Source of the DNA: the human T2T-CHM13v2.0 reference genome, Homo sapiens
Strand: one strand, 5' to 3'
DNA: 64,000 bases
Assembly (NCBI RefSeq): GCF_009914755.1
Contig: NC_060928.1
The notes beneath the pieces are model-generated. The model ran no database searches, had not been told where the DNA came from, and saw nothing but the letters and a program-made list of their open reading frames with translations. Of this stretch, positions 53,266 through 64,000 are shown in pieces. Numbering within the stretch: the first letter of the stretch is position 1; the number at the start of each line of letters is the position of its first letter. Made by a program: the position numbers and the translations under genes.

Positions 53266-55780
53266 TTTTATAGAACAAAAGACTAGGTCCTATTAAAGAT
53301 ATAGGTCCATTGGGCTTTTATTTTTAATAATGTCAGAGCTTATATAACACCAGTAGTGTTTATTGCTCTATAGATTTTTAGGAAAAATTCTGTATTTGGT
53401 ATGTAGGAATAAAAAATACTTAAAGATTTAATATGACTACCATAGAATTTTATTTTTCCAAAATATTTAAATATCTGTCCAATCTACATTCATTAAATGG
53501 TTTACCATATTTATTCTAATTATAATTATCCCTTTACAGTGAAGAAAGCCAATGTGATTGTGATGCATATCAATTATTAAATACACATCCAGTCCAGTTG
53601 TGTTTCTTGTTTTTTAATGTAGTTTGAAAATGTGAGGAATGCACAAAACTGTTCATTTGCTTCCAACAACTCAAAAATACATTAGTGAATTCAAAAATAA
53701 AGCTTCTGATATGATGTATCACATTTATTATTTTAGTGGCAAGTTTTTCACACTTCATTATTGAACCAAGAATTCTGTCATCTTGTGAAAAGATAGCAAA
53801 ATTGCCTACACTGGTGAGATTTGTAAATTGGAGCAGAGTGTGAAGGTAACATGATGAGAAAAGCACATTAACCAACCCGGAGTTCAATACAAGATTAACA
53901 CTTCAGCCAAGACGTGTGTGAAAGGTTGCTAACACAAACTGAAGATTCAAAATTTAAGATAAGGGAGTTGTGGTTACTCAGTACATGAGTAAGAGCAATT
54001 TCTGAAAATGAGAAGCATAACATATCTTGTATCTGAATTTAAGATAATCTAAAAATGTATCTCAAAGTAAAATAAAAGTTACTTCATCCTAAACCAGATT
54101 TAACAAGCTACTCTAAAATCTGATATTTTTATGTCTCCCCTCAAACAAAGAAAAGATATAGGAGTTGTTTAAGTTGAGGCACAGGAAGCTTGTTTAACAA
54201 ATGGAAGAGTAAGAGAAAACCAGAGAACGTGGTTTTAGCTCTCAACCACCCAAATTATGCCTTCATTACTGAGTACTTATAGACCTTTCAACTGTAGTGA
54301 ACTTCTCCAAATTACCTTATCCCCAAGTTACCTATAATGGCCCCCAGCTGTAGGTTCTTTACTTACCTGACACATCTTTCTCTTTTTGAAAAATAAAAAA
54401 GAATATCAATCTATATAGTTGTATCCTTTGTTAAAAATAGACCTTATGTTTTAGAGAAGTCTTGATTTCTCAGCAAAATTCAGCAGAAGATACTGAGATT
54501 TTCCATAAATCCTCTGCCCCTACACATGCCAAACCTTGCCCATTATTAACATTCCCCTCCAGTGTGATGCATTTGTTACATTTGATAAACCTATATTGAC
54601 ATATTGTTATCACCCAAAGTTCATTCTTTGCACTATGGTTCACTCTTTGTGTTTTACTTTCTAAGGTACTGATTTATACTGGACAAAGGTATAATGACAT
54701 TTATTTACAGTATCAGAGTATCAGAATAGCTTTATAGTAGTATCAAAGCAGTTGTTTCACTGTCCTAAAAATCCTCTGTGCTCTACCTTTTCTCCCTTTG
54801 TCCTACCTCCAACCCCTGGCAACCACTGATTTTACCATCTCCATAGGTTTACCTTTATTTAGAATGTCATATAGTTGGAATCATACAGTATGTAGCCTTT
54901 TCAGACTAGCTTCTTTTACTTAGTAATATGCATTTACTTTTTCTCAATGTCCTTTCATGGCTTAATAGCTCATTTCTTTTCAGTGCTGAGTAATATTTCA
55001 TTATCTGGAAATATCACAATTTATCTAAACGCCTACTGAAGGACATCTTGGTTACTTCCAAGTTTTGGAAATTATTAATAAAGCCTCTATGAACATCGAT
55101 ATGCATGTTTTTGTGTGGGCATACATTTTCAGCTCCTTTGAGTAAATACCAAGGAGTGTGATTGCTGGATCACATATAAGGAGATGCTAAACTGTCTTCC
55201 AAAGTGGCTTCCTGTAAGTTATGAATGAGAGTTCCTCTCGCTCCACATCCTCAACAGCATTTAGTGTTGTTAGTGTTTTGGATTTTGGCGTTCTAATAAG
55301 TCTGTAGTAGTATTTCATTGTTGTTTTAATTTACATTTGCCTGACGACATAGAATATGGAATATCTTTTTGTATGCTTTTCGCCATCTGTACATATTTGT
55401 GAACTGTTTGTTCAAGTCTTTGCCTCATATTTTTTAACCAGGCTGTCTTCTTGTTGATTTTTTTAGAGTTCTTTGTATATTTTGATAATAGTCCTTATTC
55501 AGATATGTCTTTTGCAAATATTTCCTGCAGTCTGTGGCTTCTCTTTTTATTTTCTTGAAAATTTTTTTGACAGTAAGTTTTTCATTTTAATGAAGTCCAG
55601 ATTATCAATCTTTTTTCTTTCATGGATTTTTCTCTGGTGTTAATTCAAAAAGTCATTATCAAACCCAAGGTTATCTAGATGTTCTCCCATGTTTAGATGT
55701 TCTCCCATGTTTATCTTTAGGAATTTTGAAATTTTGGAGTTTTGTATTTTACATTTAGGTATATGATCCATTGTGAGGTT

Positions 55781-56091
55781 GTTTTTTTTTTTTTTTTTTT
55801 TTTTTTTTTGGAGAGGGTCTCACCCTGTCACCCAGGTTGGAGTATAGTGATGCCATCTTGGCTCACTGCAACCTCTGCCTCCTAAGCACAAGCAAGCCTC
55901 CCACCTCAGCCTCCTGAATAGCTGGAAGTACAGGTTCACACCACCATGCTTGGCTAATTTTTAAGATTTCTTCTACAGATGGGGTCTCACTATATTATGC
56001 AGGCTCGTCTCAAACTCCTGGGCTCCAGCAGTCCTCCTGCCTTGGCCTCCCAAAGTGCTGGTATTACAGGTGGGAGTCACCATGCCTAGCC
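55781..56091 (-). mobile_element. AluJ
   Basis: T tail, gagagggtctcacc...cctcccacctcagcctcc...ctcctgggctc; TSD-like attgtgaggtt / attatgagtt. Confidence 0.92.
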
Positions 56092-56965
56092 ATTATGAGT
56101 TAATTTTTGGAAGAATATAAAGCATGTGTCTTTATTCATATTTTTGCAGGTGGATTGTTCAGTTGGTTCCAAGACAATTTTTTGAAAAGACTGTCTTTGC
56201 TTTATTTTATTGCCTTTGCTCCTTTGTAAAAGATCAGTTAACTATATTTATGCGGATCTATTTCTGGGCTCTATTTTTTTCCATTGATCTTTTTGTCTAT
56301 TCTTCCACAAATATCACTTAATAATTGTAGCTTTCTCCTAAGTCTTGAAGTGTGGCAGTATTAATTCTCTACATTTGTTCTTCTTCTTCAACATTGTGTT
56401 GGCTATTCTGGGTCTTTTGTCTCTTCATATAAACTTTAGAATCATTTTGTCAGTATCCACAAAATAACTTTCTGGGATTTTGATTGAGATTGCATTAAAT
56501 CTGTAGACCAAGTTGAGAAGAGCTGACATCTTGACAATATCGAGTCTTCCTATACATGAACATGGAGCACCTCTCCATTCAGTCTTCGATTTTTTTGCAG
56601 AATTTTGTAATCTTTCTCATATGTGTCTTGAACATATTTTGTTAGTTTATACTTAATTAATTTTCTTGAATGCTAATGTAAATCATATTGTGCTTTTTAA
56701 TTTCAAATTCCACTTATTCATTGATAGAATATAGAAAAGCAATTGACTTTTGTATATTAACATTGCATACTTAAACCTTGCTATAATAGCCCATTAGTTC
56801 CGGAAGTTTTTTTTGTCAGTTCTTTCAAATGTTCTACATAGGACATTAGTCTGCAAACACAGTTTTATTTCTTCTTTTCCAATCTGTGCACCTTTTATCT
56901 CTTTTTCTTATCTATTGCATTAGCTAGGAGTTCCAGTACCAAGTTAAAAACCATTGATGAGAGGT

Positions 56966-58680
<1,715 letters not shown>

Positions 58681-59884
58681 TATTGTTTTTGTTCTCGGTG
58701 GAAAAGCTTCAAGTTTCTTAACATTTATGATGTTAGCTCTAAGTTTTTTGTTGGTATCTTCTGAGCAGGTTCCCTTCTATTCTTATTCCTAGTTTAATGA
58801 GAATTTTTGTCATGAATGGGTGATGGATTTTTTGAATGCTTTTTCTGCATCTATTGATGTTATCATGTGATTTTTCTTCTTTAACCTATTAATGTAATGG
58901 ATTACATTAATTGATTTTTGAATGTTTAACCAGCTGTGCATACCTGGGATAAATCCCATTTGGTTGTGGTGGACAGTTCTTTTTTATATATTGCTGGATT
59001 CATTTAATATTTTGTTGAGGATTTTTGCATCTTTGTTTATGAGACATATTGGCTTGTAGTTTTTTGTGGGTTTTTTTTTTTGTAATGTCTCTCTGATTTT
59101 GGTGTTGGTTAATGCTGTCCTTACTGAATGAGTAAAAAAGTAATAAACTCTTCTTTTCCACCACTGTCATGCCTTATTTCACCAATTCTCTCTTGGAATC
59201 TTCATTAATCATAAAATTAGCACTAGTTGATATTTTTTAAATGTTTGATATGTTTTAGACCCTGTGCTTAAAACTTTATTTTTAATGATCCCAGTATCTT
59301 ATTTAGTTTTCCTAACACCTATTTAAGTATTGCTTTCATCCCATTTCAGATGTGGAGACTTATTTGCCTTTTCCTTTTCCTTTGCTTTGTTCTAAATCTT
59401 TGCCTTTACATTATTTCTTCCTCTCCATTTAAAAATGCAGCCAAGTCCTTTTTCTTTTTACTTTCTTTCCTGTAAAGTTATTTTTTCCTCTGTACTTACC
59501 ATATCATAAAATTAGATGCCTCCAACGCTACCTCTTCCTCAGGCTACCTGTTTATTTTCTTTTTTTCTCTTCAGTAAAAAAATACATTTTTTTGAAACAG
59601 CAATTGATACTTTCTGTCATCAGTTCTTGAACTCTGGTTAACTTTGACCAACTCAATGTGTCTGAGTAGGTCAACCTGCCAACTTACTGAAACCACCTTT
59701 TAAAGTATCAGCACTGTTGCCCAGTCAAATTGTTCTTGTTTGGTCCACAGGACATTTGACTTCCATACAGCAAATAATAGCTCAACTTTAACGAAGATAT
59801 AAATATAGACTCTCAAACTAAAAATTTCATAAATCAGTAGTTTCTAATGAGAAAGCTTCTCTGAATTAATAATCACATTATTAT

Positions 59885-60135
59885 TATTTAGCTAATATTT
59901 ATAAGCATTTTGCATGTGCTAAGCACAGCTATAAATACGTTACATATTTCACTCATTTAATCATCACAGAAATTTTATAAGTAGTATTACTTCTTCTTGT
60001 TACAGATGAAGAAACTGACACAGGAATAGGTGAACTAAACTTCCCAAGGTCATATAGCTAATAATTAATGGAGCCAGAATTCATGAATACACTTTTTTTT
60101 TAGTTAAAAATCCATATTTATAACCACACCACCAT
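59885..60135 (-). mobile_element. MIR SINE
   Basis: ctcatttaatcatcaca...tacagatgaagaaactga...cccaaggtcatatagcta. Confidence 0.8.
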
Positions 60136-62999
60136 ACTAAAAGAAGACTTATAAGAAAGTTAATAGTATTTAGTTTTGCAAGGAAAATTCACAAGCAGAT
60201 GTTCCATTTTTTCTAACTCTACTTACATCATCAAAAAAACAAGCCAGTCATTAATGCTGATAAGTGCCACCCCTGTCTCTGACATGTTTTATATAACAAC
60301 CTTGGGAAGGATGCTTGAGTCATGAATAGACCTTCACTACAATAAAAGCAATGAAGTGAAGTGAAGGGAAAACTGTGAAAGACATAAGCCTGAACACAGA
60401 CTGGACTGTTGCCAATTATCTTCTGCTTCTTCAGAGAGAGACTGATATGCCTTCGTGGCCTCCTCACTAAACAAATCACTAAATTAACTTGTAGTCTAGT
60501 CATGTTTCTTTAGCATTTTCTATCCTTGTGCCCAGGAAGGTTCGCATTCAGTAAGGACAAAGATGTCCAGACACTGGAATGTCCTGCTTTGATACCAAGG
60601 CTGAGACATGATGAGGTGATTGATATCACCACTTTGACTATTGCAGGTAGGAGTATGAATGGGGTTTCCAAAAATTAGACAGTTGCTTCAGGTATGGATA
60701 TTGCATGTACTAACTTTTACTGTTGACAATGAATGTGGTCCAGTGCAATGGCCATAACCTTTCTAAGCTTAAGCTTCCTCATTTTACAAGATGAAGGGTG
60801 CCAACTTAATACTAAATGTTAATTTGTTAAAAATTAAATAAGTTAATATTTTAAAAAACAGCTCTGGTCTGTAAGAGTTTGATAAATGCTATTTATTACT
60901 ACTAGCCTTTATAATATTATTATTAGAATTAAATATGATTTTATGTTTATATTATACATACAGTGCTCAGTTTTTGATAAGCAATAGTTACCATGTAGCA
61001 TTATTATTTAATTTATTATTATAATTAAAATTTTATAGTACACTTTTTTAAGTGCTTGCTGTATGGCTAAGTTATATACAATCCATACAGAGGTACTTCC
61101 TAGTAAGATTTTGGAAAATAAAGAGTCTATGTGGTTACCACATAAATTACTGGAAAGTTTAGCATTACCTTATTAAAATTGAGAAGCAACCTGGATGCTA
61201 GTTATTGGATTTCTGTGTGGAATTGGATCATAAGTAGGCCTCTGTGACAGACCAATCTTAACTCAAGAAGCAGTTTTAGATCTTTTCAAATAAAATTGGG
61301 CTAAAATATGTAAACTATATAGTCAGAAAAATGTGAGGACTCATTACTGCCTGCATTAGTGGAGCATTGGAGCTTTGAGGGGCCAATTCTGTAGCCCAAA
61401 TTCTTTAGGTCCTAGAGGTTATTTGGCACCAACTGGTAGGGGTTTTACAACCAAAGTTAAATATCAGTGATATCACTGGGGATACTTTATGATCCGATTT
61501 AGTAGCAAGGATAGGGGAAGAGACTACCCATCACCAATGGCATTATATTAGTATTACTAGAGTTTACTTGAGGAAACACTCAATTAACTCTCTACTAAAC
61601 TTCATATTAGAATATGAAAAAAATCCTTTCAGTTTGGAAGGATTTAGTTATTGTCCAAAAGTTGTTGAGATGTTGCAACTGATGTTGTCTCTTAATATAG
61701 GCAACCAGGTAAAAAGGTAAGAATATGAACAAATGCTTAGCAAGTTGATTGGTGGTGTTCTCATTATCCATTAAGTATTGGAAATTAATGGTTAGTTTCT
61801 TCATATATGTCCAGAAATGAAACATAGACATATTCTCCAGCTTAGTCTCAACCTTAATGTTTGCCTGGCTCAAACTCACTCAAAGCAAGTTTCATCAAAA
61901 ATATTCAGAGCAATTGAGTTATTCCCTGCTATTCCTCTAATGGAGGATATAATGAGTTTAGAGTGAGTAGAAAGGAGGATAAAGGGAAGTAAGGGCACTG
62001 ATAAGCCAAATTGGGCCCTCTTTTAATATGTCAGAGTTGACTGAATATCAGTCTGATAAACACAGTTGGTTTCATAAATCCTCATGGTAGTTAAAGCATT
62101 TTATCACAGCTTATTAGACTGTGATAAAATGAATAGTTCAGTAGATGTCCTCATATATTCTGGAAATTACCAGCACCCATTTATATGGAACCTGTACTAC
62201 CAGTTTTAATTAACTGAAATCATCTGCTTGGAATTATGCTCTCAATTTAGCTCACATTTCAATCTCCATAAATTCTTTCTCAGCACTTCACTCTGTAGAA
62301 TGCAAATGGGTCCTGTGCCAATCCCCAGGAATGTCTAATGGCACCAAGCAATGGCACATTGTAGAGCATTCAGCAATCTTACAGCATCGAGGAATGTTAT
62401 ATTAAACTAGCTTTCTTATGTTGATTTAACCTGAAAAACAAACAAAATTTTCCATTACACTGAAGTTGTCACCTCTTGTTGCTAGAACAATATTAATATT
62501 TGAATCAAAGATGGTTGACTTGATCATATGTCCTCATAAACTATTATTTTGTGTATTATATTAAGAAAATACAATTTCTCATCTAAGGAATGAGAAATAT
62601 GTAAAATAATATTTGATTATTTCCCCTAAAATTGTGAGTAAAATTGATAGTATTCTATTTAAAATACTATTGAATGTTTTTCTACAATACAGTATCTGAT
62701 GCATTTATCTAAAATAAAATGGTATTATTAATGTATCAAATTTTGGTTATACTAACATTCTTTACCATCCCTTTTCTTATTACCCTTCTTTTAAAAATCA
62801 GAAATGAGATATTATTAAATCTGAACAACATTTAAGATGTTGATATATGAAAGAATATGAAATAAACATGTAATACTGTATAGACAAATAATGAGTATCA
62901 TCTGTGAGTTCAAAAAAAAATGGAGTGTAGCTAGCTTTGAGAGGAATAAACTGGGGTGAAGTGAGCCAGGATGCTAGAAGTGTTAAAAAGAAAAACACT

Positions 63000-63327
<328 letters not shown>

Positions 63328-64000
63328 TTACAACTGATGACGAGTTAATTATTTGCTTCTCTCTTTACTGCATGCTATCTACCAGTTTTGCAATGAAATA
63401 TGTGCTTATAAGGTGTTGCTGCCTTAATTTTGCAGACAGACTGAAAAAGCCAGAGTTTTATTGGCTTCTATCTGACTTGTCTCTGCATTAATATTATCTA
63501 GCTCTTTTGGGACTATCGTCATTCCATGGATAGTTCTCTGCAAACAGTAGGTGCTTAATAAATATTATTGGCTACCTATGTAATTAAATTGGTAGTACAT
63601 ACTCCTTTTTCTTGTGCTTCTTGGCAAACAGACTAAAAGAATACAATGAGCTAATCAGCATCACATGAGTGAGCACAGACAGTGTTTAATTCAGTAAAAT
63701 GTTCTTTCCAAATAGTTCTGTATTTCCTTGAATTGAGTCTCTTTCCATGAACAGGCAGAGTGAGTAAGATGCTCTCTGGGAATAAAGTGTTCATCCATGT
63801 GATGAAAATTAACTCCTTCAGAGCACCAGGGAGTTAATGGTAAATTATTTCTTCTATGGTACCAAAATGAATCAAATTACCAATTAATCATTTCCCAGGG
63901 TATGCCAAAGTACAAGCAGCATTGATAGTCTGTGCCTTCTTACTAGCTTGCCATCCTGCAAGACCTCATGAGTCCTTCCCCTCCCGTTTGTTCTTTGGTT

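Overview
AT-rich primate (most likely human/hominoid) non-coding DNA, intergenic or deep-intronic. I see no credible protein-coding exon: the listed ORFs are short and mostly overlap Alu, L1, LTR or low-complexity sequence. The window holds about 12 Alu-family SINEs (FRAM, J, S, Y and a Ye5-type copy), old L1M and L1PA fragments, L2/MIR, MaLR/ERVL/ERV1 LTRs, DNA transposons (MER45, MER2, MER5A), microsatellites and one full-length processed U6 snRNA pseudogene with a perfect 20-bp TSD. The most unusual structure is at 32.95-33.7 kb: a ~218-bp insertion assembled almost entirely from inverted copies of three nearby segments, with microhomologies at most junctions (serial template switching). 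It creates a perfect 121-bp inverted repeat with a nested 33-bp one. Other observations are an older locally templated patchwork near 6 kb, a twin-primed (5'-inverted) ancient L1, a TSD-less Alu at the junction of an inverted L1PA, and a CpG-retaining transposon cluster at 37-39.5 kb. Repeat subfamily names come from remembered consensus motifs, not from a database search, and boundaries of old elements are approximate.
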